Position numbers and translations under genes: made by a program. DNA of 64,000 nt from Chromatiales bacterium. GTDB lineage: Bacteria > Pseudomonadota > Gammaproteobacteria > Steroidobacterales > Woeseiaceae. The DNA is taken from NCBI GenBank assembly GCA_024679535.1, contig JAIBDF010000001.1, positions 21,748 to 85,747 on the forward strand, in the 5' to 3' direction. Positions 11,357 through 21,481 of the stretch are shown here, piece by piece (the first letter of the stretch is position 1; each line of letters begins with the position of its first letter). The notes under the pieces are model-generated. The model ran no database searches. It saw nothing but the letters and a program-made list of their open reading frames with translations, and was not told the origin of the DNA.

Positions 11357-13078
11357 ATGCAAACCTCAAGACCAATCATGGCGCGCCCAGTGCCAAGCGC
11401 CGACAACATCGCCGCACTCGGCGATATCGACCCGCTGCACGCGCGGCTCTTCGCCATGCGTGGGTTGACCCACGCGTCGCAACTGGATTATGGACTGGCC
11501 CAGCTCGCCCCGATTGGTGCCCTTGAGAATATCGATCAGGCCGCTGAACTCGTCATCGCCAAGCGCGACAAGAAGATTATTGTCGTTGGTGATTTTGATG
11601 TCGACGGCGCGACGAGTACGGCGCTCGTGCTGCGTTGCCTGCGAGAATTCGGTTTCGCCGATGTCGAGTACCTGGTGCCGAATCGTTTCGAGTACGGCTA
11701 TGGACTCTCGCCGGAAATCGTGCGCGTTGCCGCAGACAAATCGCCCGCGCTGCTGATTACCGTCGATAACGGCGTGTCCAGCGTTGCCGGTGTCGCCGCG
11801 GCAAACGCACTCGGCATTCCGGTGCTGGTGACCGATCATCATCTGCCCGGAGAGGAATTGCCTGACGCCGTAGTAATAGTGAACCCGAATCTCGCAGGCA
11901 GCCAGTTCCCGAGTCGCCACCTGGCCGGGGTGGGGGTGGCCTTCTACCTGATGGCTCGCGTTGGTCGCGTGCTGCAGGAGCAGGGTGTCGCCGGTGCCGC
12001 CAAAATTCCCGCGAAATACCTGGACCTGGTTGCGCTTGGCACGGTAGCTGACGTGGTGCCGCTCGATCATAACAACCGCATACTCGTGCAGCAGGGCCTG
12101 TTTCGGATTCGCGCCGGTCATTCTGTGGTGGGTATCCAGGCTATTCTCAAACAGTCCGGTCGACAGGCGGGTCGGTGTGTCAGCACCGACCTTGGTTTCG
12201 CCGTTGGTCCGCGCATCAACGCGTCCGGCCGCCTCGAGGATATCTCTGTCGGCATCGAGTGCCTGTTGACCGACGACTTCGACACCGCGATGACCTATGC
12301 GCATCAGCTTGACGGCATAAATCGCGAGCGGCGGGATATCGAGGCCACCATGCGGGAACAGGCCTTCGCCTACGTCGACTCGATGGGATCGCAGCGCTGG
12401 CCGGCCTGCGTGTGTGTCTACGACAGTTCCTGGCACCAGGGGGTTGTCGGACTGATCGCGGCCCGGGTTCGGGAGCGTTGTCATCGACCGGTAATTGCGT
12501 TCGCTCGCGAGAACGACCAGTTTTTGAAAGGATCTGCCCGGTCCATCCAGGGCGTGCATGTTCGCGATCTGCTGGAGGCGGTCTCAGCAATGCACCCCGG
12601 CATGATTGAAAAATTCGGCGGACATGCCATGGCGGCTGGGCTAACCATCGCAGAAGGCGCGCTTGAGAAATTCAAAAGTGCGGCGGCCGAACAGATGGCA
12701 AGGCTGTATCCTCAGGCCGATTTCAGCGGCGCCATCGTGACCGACGGTCAACTGCCCGGCGACGCCATCAACCTCGGGTTCGCACGATCGCTGCGGGATG
12801 CGGGCCCCTGGGGTTCGGCATTCCCGGAGCCAATGTGGAGCGGGGATTTCGCGGTCATCGAGCAGCGCACGGTTGGGGAAAATCACCTCAAGCTCAGGGT
12901 GCGGCCGGCCGGTGGCGGCAAGACTGTCGACGCGATTGCATTCAATCAGGCGGGACCGGTTTACCGGGGTACGGTCCAGCTCGCATTTCGTCTTGACGTT
13001 AACGAGTTTCGTGGAGTCGAGAATCCGCAGCTGGTCGTCGAGCAAATTGCTCCGCTAACCGCTGCTGACGCGTGCTAA
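11357..13078 (+). CDS. recJ: single-stranded-DNA-specific exonuclease RecJ
   Basis: 573 aa. DHH family motifs DFDVDGATS, VTDHH and GGHAMAAG. Confidence 0.95.
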   Translation: MQTSRPIMARPVPSADNIAALGDIDPLHARLFAMRGLTHASQLDYGLAQLAPIGALENIDQAAELVIAKRDKKIIVVGDFDVDGATSTALVLRCLREFGFADVEYLVPNRFEYGYGLSPEIVRVAADKSPALLITVDNGVSSVAGVAAANALGIPVLVTDHHLPGEELPDAVVIVNPNLAGSQFPSRHLAGVGVAFYLMARVGRVLQEQGVAGAAKIPAKYLDLVALGTVADVVPLDHNNRILVQQGLFRIRAGHSVVGIQAILKQSGRQAGRCVSTDLGFAVGPRINASGRLEDISVGIECLLTDDFDTAMTYAHQLDGINRERRDIEATMREQAFAYVDSMGSQRWPACVCVYDSSWHQGVVGLIAARVRERCHRPVIAFARENDQFLKGSARSIQGVHVRDLLEAVSAMHPGMIEKFGGHAMAAGLTIAEGALEKFKSAAAEQMARLYPQADFSGAIVTDGQLPGDAINLGFARSLRDAGPWGSAFPEPMWSGDFAVIEQRTVGENHLKLRVRPAGGGKTVDAIAFNQAGPVYRGTVQLAFRLDVNEFRGVENPQLVVEQIAPLTAADAC

Positions 13079-13118
13079 CATCGCGGCTTTTGAACAGCAC
13101 GAAACCAGCGATATCCTC

Positions 13119-14214
13119 ATGGAAACCAGCCAGATAAAACAAACGATTACCGACCTCGCCGAGCGCTCCGATGCGTTGAGGAGGTATCTTTGACTATGAG
13201 GGAAAGGCGGAACGCCTGACCGAAGTTCAACGCGAACTCGAACAACCCGACGTCTGGAATGAACCCGAACGCGCGCAGGCGCTGGGACAGGAGCGGGCGC
13301 AACTCGAGCAGGTCGTCGAAGGGCTCGACACGATAAGTACCGGGCTGGCCGATGCGGGGGAACTCCTCGATATGGCCATCGAGGAAGCAGACGACGACAC
13401 GGTCAACGAAGTCGTCAATGATCTCACGCGTTACGAGAAGGTGGTCGCAGGCCTGGAGTTCCGTCGCATGTTCTCGGGTGAGATGGACTCGAATAATGCG
13501 TACGTCGACATCCAGTCAGGCGCCGGAGGGACTGAGGCACAAGACTGGTGCGACATGTTGCTGCGTATGTATCTTCGCTGGGCGGAAGCACATGGGTTCA
13601 AGTCTGAGGTAATAGAGGCGTCTGCCGGTGAAGTGGCGGGCATCAAGAGCGCGACCGTGCACATCAAGGGAGAATATGCCTACGGCTGGTTGCGCACCGA
13701 GACAGGCGTGCATCGGCTGGTTCGTAAATCGCCGTTCGACTCAGGCAACCGCCGACACACATCGTTCGGGTCGGTATTTGTTTCGCCCGAGGTGGACGAC
13801 GATATCGACATTGAAATCGATCCGTCCGATTTGCGTATCGACGTCTACCGCGCGAGTGGCGCCGGTGGCCAGCACGTAAATCGCACGGAGTCGGCGGTGC
13901 GTATTACGCACTTGCCAACCAATACGGTCGTGCAGTGTCAGAACGATCGTTCGCAGCATAAGAACAAGGCGACGGCGATGAAGCAGCTCAAGGCCAAGCT
14001 CTATGAGCTGGAATTGCAGCAGCGCCGCTCAGCGGCCGCCGAAGTCGAGGAAGGCAAGTCGGATGTCGGCTGGGGCAGCCAGATTCGAAACTACGTGCTC
14101 GACCAAAGCCGTATTAAGGATTTGCGTACCGGGATTGAAACCGGTAACACTCAGGCAGTACTTGATGGCGGCCTCGACGCCTTCATCGAGGCCAGTCTCA
14201 AGCAGGGACTGTAG
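13119..14214 (+). CDS. prfB: peptide chain release factor 2, made by programmed +1 frameshift: join(13119..13190,13192..14214)
   Basis: Frame 0 runs from ATG 13119 for 24 codons ([24 protein letters not shown]) to an in-frame TGA at 13191-13193. The +1 frame continues as DYEGKAERL and runs into the track ORF 13372..14214. That ORF carries SPF (KSPFDSGN) and [16 protein letters not shown]. Confidence 0.95.
13179..13194 (+). promoter_or_regulatory. prfB autoregulatory +1 frameshift site (internal SD-like AGGAGG, then TAT CTT TGA C)
   Basis: AGGAGGTATCTTTGAC nearly matches the E. coli prfB site AGGGGGTATCTTTGAC. The spacing of the SD-like element to CTT is identical. Confidence 0.92.
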
Positions 14215-14232
14215 ACACAAAACGGAAGACCA

Positions 14233-15735
14233 GTGAACAACGACAAGCAACTAGACGAAAACAAGCTGATCGCCGAACGGCGAGCAAAACTGGATGCTCT
14301 GAAAGAGCAGGGCAACGCGTACCCGAACGATTTTCGGCGCAATGCTATTGCCGAAGAACTGCAACAGACTTTCCATGCGCATGACAACGATGCTCTGGCC
14401 GAAGAACAAGTCGAGGTCAGCGTCGCAGGCCGCATGATGGCCAAGCGCGTTATGGGCAAGGCAAGCTTCGTCAAATTACAGGATCGGTCCGGGCAGATTC
14501 AGCTGCGCCTCGAACGCGACCGACTGCCCGAAGGTGTCTACCAGTCCTTCAAGAAGTGGGATGTCGGAGATATTGTCGGCGCGAAAGGCGTGCTTATGCG
14601 TACGCAAACCGGGGAACTGACGGTGCTCGCTGGCGAGGTTCGCCTGCTGACCAAGTCGCTGCGGCCGCTGCCCGAGAAGTGGGCGGGCCTGTCCGATCAG
14701 GAAACCCGGTATCGCCAGCGCTATGTTGACCTGATCATCAATGCATCGAGTCGCGAGGTGTTTCGCAAGCGCTCACAGATTGTGTCCTACATGCGCGGCT
14801 TCCTCGAATCACTCGATTTTCTCGAGGTTGAGACGCCGATGATGCAGGTGACGCCAGGTGGCGCCATCGCCCGTCCTTTTACTACCCACCACAATGCGCT
14901 CGACATGCCGCTGTATCTCCGCATAGCACCGGAGCTCAACCTTAAACGCCTCGTCGTTGGCGGTTTCGATCGCGTGTACGAGATTAATCGCAATTTCCGC
15001 AATGAGGGTGTGTCAACTCAGCACAATCCGGAATTTACGATGCTGGAGGCCTACCGCGCCTACGCTGATTACAATGACTGGATGGATACGACAGAAGCCA
15101 TGCTGCATGGCATGGCGGAAAGCGTTAACGGCACAACTGTCGTCGAATACCAGGGCGAGACGTATGACTTCGGGAAGAAGTTTGAGCGCATGACGGTTGA
15201 GGAAGCTGTTGCGAAGTACAACCCGGACTTCGATATGTTGAAGGTGCGCGACCGCGACTACCTGGCCGCTTATTGCGAGAAGATTGGTATCCAGGTCAAG
15301 GACAACTATGGTCCCGGAAAACTACAGACCGAGATCTTTGACGCGACCGGTGAGGCCAGCCTCCGCGAACCAACATTTATTACGCAGTACCCGGCTGAAG
15401 TGTCGCCGCTCGCACGCAAGAATGACGAGGATCCGTTCGTTACCGATCGCTTCGAGCTGTTTATTGCCGGACGCGAGATCGCGAATGGGTTTTCGGAGCT
15501 TAATGATTCCGAGGACCAGGCCGAGCGCTTCAAGGCGCAGGTTGAGAATGCGGCGGCTGGCGATGATGAAGCAATGTCCTACGATCATGATTATATACGT
15601 GCGCTTGAGTACGGCTTGCCGCCGACGACGGGTATCGGCATCGGCGTGGATCGGCTGGTTATGTTGCTGACGGATTCAGCGTCGATTCGTGATGTGCTGT
15701 TGTTTCCGCACATGCGGCCGGAAGTCTTCGACTGA
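14233..15735 (+). CDS. lysS: lysine--tRNA ligase (class II)
   Basis: 500 aa with a GTG start. [18 protein letters not shown] and [13 protein letters not shown] motifs. prfB-lysS pairing as in E. coli. Confidence 0.95.
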   Translation: MNNDKQLDENKLIAERRAKLDALKEQGNAYPNDFRRNAIAEELQQTFHAHDNDALAEEQVEVSVAGRMMAKRVMGKASFVKLQDRSGQIQLRLERDRLPEGVYQSFKKWDVGDIVGAKGVLMRTQTGELTVLAGEVRLLTKSLRPLPEKWAGLSDQETRYRQRYVDLIINASSREVFRKRSQIVSYMRGFLESLDFLEVETPMMQVTPGGAIARPFTTHHNALDMPLYLRIAPELNLKRLVVGGFDRVYEINRNFRNEGVSTQHNPEFTMLEAYRAYADYNDWMDTTEAMLHGMAESVNGTTVVEYQGETYDFGKKFERMTVEEAVAKYNPDFDMLKVRDRDYLAAYCEKIGIQVKDNYGPGKLQTEIFDATGEASLREPTFITQYPAEVSPLARKNDEDPFVTDRFELFIAGREIANGFSELNDSEDQAERFKAQVENAAAGDDEAMSYDHDYIRALEYGLPPTTGIGIGVDRLVMLLTDSASIRDVLLFPHMRPEVFD

Positions 15736-15747
15736 TAAGACGTTAGG

Positions 15748-16437
15748 TCAGGCAACGACGCCAAAGAATCGGCCAACGCCGGCCGTGAGTGTCATGGCAA
15801 GCGCGCCCCAAAATGTCACACGCGCGGCTCCGATCAGGAGGTTCGCACCGCCCGCGCGTGCGGCCAGCGCACCGAGAAATGCAAGAAAGGCCAGTGACGA
15901 TACAGCGATGACGATTATCTGTCTGGAGCCCGGCACGAGCCACGCAACCACCAGGGGCAGTGCGGCGCCGACGGTAAATGTGGCCGCGGAATAAATGCCT
16001 GCCTGAACCGGCCGGGCACTGGCGTGATCAACTATGCCGATTTCATCCCTGGCATGTGCTCCAAGGGCATCGTGGTCCATCAGCTGTTCCGCTACCGTTC
16101 TGGCAAGACCTGGCTCGACGCCTCTGTTTGCGTAGATCTCAGCAAGCTCGTCCACTTCAACTTCATAGTTATCTTCGAGAGACTGCATTTCGAGTTCGAG
16201 GTCGGCCTTTTCGGTATCAGCCTGCGAGCTCACTGAGACATATTCACCAGCGGCCATGGACATTGCGCCGGCAACCAGCCCAGCCACACCGGCAATGAGA
16301 ATGCTCTCCTGCGAAACACCCGCGGAGGCGACGCCGATAATCAGGCTGGCGGTGGATACGATTCCGTCATTCGCGCCCAGGACTGCAGCGCGCAACCATC
16401 CGATCCGGTGTGCTCTATGCGCCTCGTGGTGACTCAC
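15748..16437 (-). CDS. VIT1/CCC1-family iron/manganese transporter
   Basis: 229 aa. N-terminal GANDGIVSTASLIIGV, an acidic cytoplasmic helix bundle (EKADLELEMQSLEDNYEVEVDE), and C-terminal TM helices. Confidence 0.8.
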   Translation of the reverse strand: MSHHEAHRAHRIGWLRAAVLGANDGIVSTASLIIGVASAGVSQESILIAGVAGLVAGAMSMAAGEYVSVSSQADTEKADLELEMQSLEDNYEVEVDELAEIYANRGVEPGLARTVAEQLMDHDALGAHARDEIGIVDHASARPVQAGIYSAATFTVGAALPLVVAWLVPGSRQIIVIAVSSLAFLAFLGALAARAGGANLLIGAARVTFWGALAMTLTAGVGRFFGVVA

Positions 16438-17099
16438 TTCGGGTCCGGCTCCAGATTGCGCAGGGGTGCATGCGAAAGCATGATGTCGCCGACGGACAAG
16501 CCAGCGTCAGCAAGATCGACGGGCACGACCGCGAGCAGGTTGCGGTCCGAGACATTCAGGACTTCACCGACATCGCGACCGTCCAGGGACACCTTGTCGC
16601 CTGCGCAGACAGGCGCGTCACTCGCAAATCGGATGGCGCGACGTTTTGTCGCGCCTTTGTAGTGGGTTCGAGCAACAATTTCCTGGCCCGGATAGCAGCC
16701 CTTGTCCATGCTGAGCGCGTCGAGAAGGTCAAGATTCAGCATGTGTGGCGTAAATTGCTCGACCTGACTGCTTCCGATATAGGGGTGGCCACGTTCGATA
16801 AGATGGGCGGGATCGACCGTCTGGCCAGCGTCGAGGATTCCGAATTCGACTTTTGATCGAAACCGGAACATCGTCATCCGTTGGACAATGGCATCGGCCG
16901 TATCGGCCGGGGCGGACAGGCCATAGCCGTTGTCGATCGGAAAAACCGTCCCAAACCAGATCACGCGGCCCTTCGGGCTGCACCAGGCAGCCAGAATTTC
17001 CGCCTCGGACTCCAGGCGCCGCAGGTCGTTCGTCAGCTGCGCCTGCAGAAACTCGAAGGCGTCGGGGCCGGTCACTTTGATGGTCTGAATCGAATGCAT
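16434..17099 (-). CDS. ygfZ: folate-binding Fe-S cluster repair/tRNA modification protein YgfZ
   Basis: KGCYPGQEIVARTHYKG signature. ATG 17099 (MHSIQTIKVTG) is preferred. The track start at 17204 would overlap the divergent DUF1674 gene. Confidence 0.8.
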   Translation of the reverse strand: MHSIQTIKVTGPDAFEFLQAQLTNDLRRLESEAEILAAWCSPKGRVIWFGTVFPIDNGYGLSAPADTADAIVQRMTMFRFRSKVEFGILDAGQTVDPAHLIERGHPYIGSSQVEQFTPHMLNLDLLDALSMDKGCYPGQEIVARTHYKGATKRRAIRFASDAPVCAGDKVSLDGRDVGEVLNVSDRNLLAVVPVDLADAGLSVGDIMLSHAPLRNLEPDPK

Positions 17100-17157
17100 A
17101 CTAAAGTAGCTGTTAGTTGGTACTGCAGGTTGCTCAAGGCTCTGGCATACTTTCGCC

Positions 17158-17346
17158 ATGAGCGCACGGGACCCAAAGAACAAGGCCGAAAAAGTCACTT
17201 CCAAGAGTGACCCTGAACCGGATAGTACCCCACCAGAGACCGAAGATCGGCAGGTCGTTCGATCGAAGGAGATCGGCGGTCGTGGTGGACTCGACCCAAC
17301 CCGCTACGGGGATTGGGAAAAAGCCGGGCGCTGTATCGATTTTTGA
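17158..17346 (+). CDS. DUF1674 protein, homolog of succinate dehydrogenase assembly factor 4 (SDHAF4)
   Basis: 62 aa. The C-terminus GGRGGLDPTRYGDWEKAGRCIDF closely matches the eukaryotic SDHAF4 C-terminus (GPEPTRYGDWERKGRCIDF). Lies directly upstream of sdhC. Confidence 0.8.
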   Translation: MSARDPKNKAEKVTSKSDPEPDSTPPETEDRQVVRSKEIGGRGGLDPTRYGDWEKAGRCIDF

Positions 17347-17361
17347 TCAAGAAGCTATCTC

Positions 17362-17739
17362 ATGAATAATCACGACAGGCCTCTGTCGCCGCATCTCTCG
17401 ATCTATCGCTGGCCGATTACCATGGTCTCGTCGATCCTGCATCGCGCCACGGGCATAGCGATGGCAGCAGGTTTCATTGTCCTGGTTGGCTGGCTGTTCG
17501 ACGCGGCCTCCGGACCGGACGTGTATGCGAAGTTCCTTGGCGTCATGGACTCAACCCTCGGTTGCGTGCTCCTGGTTGGCTGGAGCTATGCGTTCTTCTA
17601 CCACCTCTCGAACGGCATCCGGCATCTTGTCTGGGACACCGGTCGCGGCCTTGAAATAGGGCAGGCGACGGCGTCGGCATGGTTCGTCATCGTGGCGTCT
17701 ATCGTGCTAACGGCAGCATTCTGGTGGGTGGCGTCATGA
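17362..17739 (+). CDS. sdhC: succinate dehydrogenase cytochrome b556 subunit
   Basis: 125 aa with 3 TM helices. RPLSPHLSIYRW and SILHRATG motifs. Confidence 0.9.
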   Translation: MNNHDRPLSPHLSIYRWPITMVSSILHRATGIAMAAGFIVLVGWLFDAASGPDVYAKFLGVMDSTLGCVLLVGWSYAFFYHLSNGIRHLVWDTGRGLEIGQATASAWFVIVASIVLTAAFWWVAS

Positions 17740-18116
17740 GCCTGCGATCACCTCTCGGTCGGGTACTCGGTCTCGGCACCGCCAAAGACGGCACGTCACA
17801 CTGGTGGGGCCAGCGGGTCTCTGGTATCGCACTGGCCGTACTGGGACTCTGGTTTGCCTGGTCGCTCGCGACCCTGTCGGGTTTCAGCTATCCGGAGGCG
17901 GTGGCATTTATCAGCCAGCCAGTTAACGCCTTGCTGTTGTTGCTCCTGAGTATCACGATGGCCTGGCATTCCTACCTCGGCGTACAGGTTGTCATCGAGG
18001 ACTATGTCCACGGACATGGCCTCAAGATTGCTTCGCTCCTTCTATCCCGCTACGCACATTTCGTTCTCGCGGCAGCGGCCATATTTGCCATTTTAAAACT
18101 CGGAATCGGCGCATGA
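17736..18116 (+). CDS. sdhD: succinate dehydrogenase hydrophobic membrane anchor subunit
   Basis: ATG 17736 (ATGA overlap with the sdhC stop) is preferred over the track start at 17679. 3 TM helices. GTSHWW and HSYLG strings. Confidence 0.85.
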   Translation: MSLRSPLGRVLGLGTAKDGTSHWWGQRVSGIALAVLGLWFAWSLATLSGFSYPEAVAFISQPVNALLLLLLSITMAWHSYLGVQVVIEDYVHGHGLKIASLLLSRYAHFVLAAAAIFAILKLGIGA

Positions 18117-19897
18117 GCGATTACGAATTCATCGATCACAGTTATGACGTTGTCGTCATTGGTGCCGGCGGCGCCGGCCTGCGTGCGACCTTTGGCCTGG
18201 CGGAAGCTGGCTTCAAAACCGCTTGCGTCACCAAGGTATTCCCGACCCGCAGTCATACGGTAGCGGCGCAGGGTGGTATCTCGGCAGCGCTCGGCAACAT
18301 GGGCGAGGACGACTGGCGCTGGCACATGTACGACACCGTCAAGGGGTCCGACTGGCTCGGCGATCAGGACGCGATCGAGTACATGTGCAAGGAAGCCCCG
18401 GATGCGGTCATCGAGCTCGAGCATTATGGTGTGCCGTTCTCGCGCACTGAAGACGGCAAGATTTACCAACGCCCGTTCGGTGGCATGACGACTCGCTTCG
18501 GTGAGGGTACGGCACAGCGCACGTGTGCCGCGGCCGATCGCACGGGTCACGCCATGCTGCACACGCTCTACCAGCAGTCCCTCAAACACGATGCCGAGTT
18601 CTACATTGAGTATTTTGCCGTGGACCTGATCATGGAAGAGGGTCAGTGCCGCGGTGTCGTCGCAATCGACCTGGCGACCGGGCGCCTGCATCGCTTCCGC
18701 TCGCATCAGGTCATTCTCGCGACGGGTGGTTATGGCCGTTCTTATTTCTCCTGTACTTCGGCACACACCTGCACAGGTGATGGCAGCGCCATGGTGTTGC
18801 GCGCAGGCCTGCCAGTGCAGGACATGGAGTTCGTGCAGTTTCACCCGACCGGAATCTACGGAGCTGGCTGCCTGATCACGGAAGGTGTGCGTGGCGAGGG
18901 CGGATACCTGACAAATTCGGAAGGCGAGCGATTCATGGAGCGCTACGCGCCGAATGCCAAGGACCTCGCGTCACGTGATGTGGTCTCAAGGTCCATGACT
19001 ATTGAGATTCGCGAAGGCCGCGGTGTCGGTGCTGACAAAGATCATATCCATCTGCATCTCGAGCACCTGGGGCCGGAGGTCATCGAAGAGCGCCTTCCCG
19101 GCATCGCGGAATCCGCACGAATTTTTGCCGGTGTGGACGTGACCAAGGAGCCGATTCCGGTCCTGCCGACCGTGCATTACAACATGGGCGGCATTCCCGC
19201 CAATTTCAACGGCCAGGTTGTCACGAAGCGCGATGGCGATCCTGAATCTGTTGTCGAGGGGCTGATGGCCGTCGGTGAGGCCGCATGTGTTTCGGTTCAT
19301 GGTGCCAATCGCCTGGGTTCAAATTCACTCCTCGACCTGGTTGTATTCGGCCGCGCGGCAGCACATTTCTGTGCCGAGGCGATGACGCCGGGTACCCGCC
19401 ACAAGCCGTTGCCGGAGGATGCGGGGCAGGATAGCGTTGCGCGCATCGATCAGCTGCGCAATGCAGACGGCAGTCGACCGACCGCCGAAATCCGCCTCGA
19501 AATGCAGAAAGTCATGCAGGACCATGCGGCGGTGTTCCGCACGGGTGAAGTACTGGAAGAGGGCGTCGCGCTGTTGCGTAAGACATTTACGTCGTTCGAC
19601 GATGTCGCCGTAAGCGATCGTTCGCTGGTCTGGAATACGGATCTCGTCGAGACGATCGAACTTGAAAACCTGTTGCTCAACGCGACCGCTACCATCGAAT
19701 CGGCGGCGAATCGCCTGGAGAGCCGCGGTGCTCATGCTCGCGAGGACTACCCGGATCGCGATGACGATAACTGGATGAAACACACGCTGAGCTGGGTTGG
19801 TGGCCCAGGCGATGTGAAGTTCGATTATCGGCCCGTTCACGAGCAGACGCTGACTGATGAGGTCGACTACGTCGAGCCGAAAGCGAGGGTGTACTGA
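18113..19897 (+). CDS. sdhA: succinate dehydrogenase flavoprotein subunit
   Basis: 594 aa. [11 protein letters not shown] dinucleotide fold. The FAD-linking histidine context is [23 protein letters not shown] is present. Confidence 0.97.
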   Translation: MSDYEFIDHSYDVVVIGAGGAGLRATFGLAEAGFKTACVTKVFPTRSHTVAAQGGISAALGNMGEDDWRWHMYDTVKGSDWLGDQDAIEYMCKEAPDAVIELEHYGVPFSRTEDGKIYQRPFGGMTTRFGEGTAQRTCAAADRTGHAMLHTLYQQSLKHDAEFYIEYFAVDLIMEEGQCRGVVAIDLATGRLHRFRSHQVILATGGYGRSYFSCTSAHTCTGDGSAMVLRAGLPVQDMEFVQFHPTGIYGAGCLITEGVRGEGGYLTNSEGERFMERYAPNAKDLASRDVVSRSMTIEIREGRGVGADKDHIHLHLEHLGPEVIEERLPGIAESARIFAGVDVTKEPIPVLPTVHYNMGGIPANFNGQVVTKRDGDPESVVEGLMAVGEAACVSVHGANRLGSNSLLDLVVFGRAAAHFCAEAMTPGTRHKPLPEDAGQDSVARIDQLRNADGSRPTAEIRLEMQKVMQDHAAVFRTGEVLEEGVALLRKTFTSFDDVAVSDRSLVWNTDLVETIELENLLLNATATIESAANRLESRGAHAREDYPDRDDDNWMKHTLSWVGGPGDVKFDYRPVHEQTLTDEVDYVEPKARVY

Positions 19898-20679
19898 TGG
19901 CTGAATTCAGGCTCCCGAAAAACTCGCGGATCAAGAAGGGCAAGCATTTCGCTGCAGCTAACGGTTCGAGCAATACACGAACCTATGCCGTGTACCGCTA
20001 CGATCCCGATAGCGGCGAGAATCCGCGGGTAGATACTTTCGAGATCGACATGGACAACTGCGGTCCGATGGTTCTCGACGCGCTGATCAAAATCAAGAAT
20101 GAGATCGATCCGACGCTGACGTTTCGTCGCTCCTGTCGCGAGGGTATCTGCGGCTCCTGTGCCATGAATATTGACGGCGGTAACACGCTTGCCTGTACAC
20201 GGGCCAACGACGAGGTCAAAGGCGACGTAAAGATCTATCCGCTGCCGCATATGCCGGTGGTGAAGGACCTCGTTACCGACCTGACGAACTTCTACGCGCA
20301 GTACGCGTCGATCAAGCCCTGGCTGCAGGCGCGCACGCCGCCACCGCCTGACCAGGAGCGTTTGCAGTCAAAAGAGGATCAGGAGCTCATTAATGAACCG
20401 GCCGCCTGCATCCTGTGCGCCTGTTGTTCGACCAGCTGCCCGAGCTACTGGTGGAATTCTGATCGTTACCTCGGACCGGCAGCACTGCTTGCTGCCTATC
20501 GCTGGCTGGTAGACAGTCGCGATGAGGCGACCGGTGAGCGCCTTGATGAACTTGAGGATCCGTTCCGTCTGTATCGTTGTCATACGATCATGAACTGCAC
20601 GCAAACCTGTCCGAAAGGTCTGAATCCGGCGCAAGCTATTGCCGAGACCAAGAAGATGCTCGCGGAAAGAAAGTACTAA
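19897..20679 (+). CDS. sdhB: succinate dehydrogenase iron-sulfur subunit
   Basis: 260 aa. Three Cys clusters: [23 protein letters not shown] and [12 protein letters not shown]. Confidence 0.97.
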   Translation: MAEFRLPKNSRIKKGKHFAAANGSSNTRTYAVYRYDPDSGENPRVDTFEIDMDNCGPMVLDALIKIKNEIDPTLTFRRSCREGICGSCAMNIDGGNTLACTRANDEVKGDVKIYPLPHMPVVKDLVTDLTNFYAQYASIKPWLQARTPPPPDQERLQSKEDQELINEPAACILCACCSTSCPSYWWNSDRYLGPAALLAAYRWLVDSRDEATGERLDELEDPFRLYRCHTIMNCTQTCPKGLNPAQAIAETKKMLAERKY

Positions 20680-20714
20680 TGTGAGAGGGCCTTCAGGCTC
20701 GCTACAGGCGTGAA

Positions 20715-20960
20715 TTGATGTCCGAGGAATCCCGACTCAGGTGGCAATGCCGTCGCGGCATGCGCGAGCTCGACGAGCTCCTGGTCCGCTATCTGGAAGA
20801 AAGCTACGCTGGTGACAGCGAGGACGATAAGGCCGCGTTTCGGGCAGTTCTGGAGCTTGCCGACCCCGAGTTGAACGGCTATTTGTTGCAACGGCAAATA
20901 CCGTCTTCAGAGTCGATCGCGCGTGTCATCAACCGCATACTCCGCCGAATTCAAACCTGA
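20715..20960 (+). CDS. sdhE: FAD assembly factor SdhE (YgfY/CptB, SDHAF2 family)
   Basis: 81 aa. RLRWQCRRGMRELDELL matches the conserved RGxxE motif of DUF339/SdhE. Confidence 0.88.
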   Translation: MMSEESRLRWQCRRGMRELDELLVRYLEESYAGDSEDDKAAFRAVLELADPELNGYLLQRQIPSSESIARVINRILRRIQT

Positions 20961-21357
20961 TCCGCGCCTGCGACGGCTCGTCGCCGGTTCCGGTGTGCTG
21001 CTCGGTATTGCGGGCTTTCTTGTCATCCTCCACTTGCCCACCGACATCTGGATGCGGCTGGCTGCCTGCCTCCTGTGGGTGGGGTCCGCGGCCCGTGACC
21101 ACTGGCAGCTGCAGCGCGGCTGGGCTGATTGTCTTGCACTGCGTTTCACCGCGAGCGGGGAACTCTCGGTCCTCGGAGCGGACCAAACCTGGCGCGCGGC
21201 GCGCCGACAAAGCGGCTCTGTGCTGCTCAGGAAATTTGGCTGGATTCGTTTGCGGGACCATCGTGGCCTGGTATTTGGCGAGCTGCTATTCGGGGATGAT
21301 CGTGCAAGCCCCGACTGGCGACGGTTGCAGGTGATCTGGCGGCACGTTGGAGCTTGA
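20923..21357 (+). CDS. YgfX/CptA-like inner membrane protein
   Basis: 144 aa with two N-terminal TM helices and a soluble tail ending in DWRRLQVIWRH. This is the same architecture and tail pattern as E. coli YgfX (...EWRDLRRILLQ) and the same position after sdhE. It overlaps sdhE by 38 nt in another frame. Confidence 0.5.
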   Translation: MSSTAYSAEFKPDPRLRRLVAGSGVLLGIAGFLVILHLPTDIWMRLAACLLWVGSAARDHWQLQRGWADCLALRFTASGELSVLGADQTWRAARRQSGSVLLRKFGWIRLRDHRGLVFGELLFGDDRASPDWRRLQVIWRHVGA

Positions 21358-21481
21358 GATTTAAGCTGCTAACATGCTCTTTGAGCAGGAAAAAATAACA
21401 ATAGCGGTGGGTGCCAGGGCGATCTGCCTGGCCACGGATGAACGGCGTCACAGAATAAAGATGAATAACGCAGAATTTCGA

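Noticed and set aside
11366-12559. Very long ORFs on the opposite strand or in alternative frames of well-recognised genes. Examples: 397 aa antisense to recJ; 356 aa and 453 aa antisense to lepA/lepB at 24588-27083; 264 aa antisense to sdhA at 18050-18844; 257 aa antisense to era at 28109-28882; 256 aa antisense to nlpD at 8402-9172; 287 aa in mfd at 39149-40012; 300 aa at 40359-41261 across the lolC start.
   Set aside because: Each lies fully within or against a gene with unmistakable conserved motifs. Their translations are Arg/Ala/Pro/Gly-rich low-complexity strings, typical of stop-poor shadow frames in high-G+C DNA. None has a recognisable domain or sensible start context.
21358-21481. 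The hairpin TGCTC-TTT-GAGCA followed by an A-rich run after the ygfX-like gene, considered as a terminator. Also the A+T-rich stretch upstream of rpoE, considered as a possible sRNA.
   Set aside because: The stem is only 5 bp and is followed by A residues rather than a T run on the coding strand. The A+T-rich segment is more simply the rpoE promoter/UP region, which contains the GAACTT-N16-TCTAT element.
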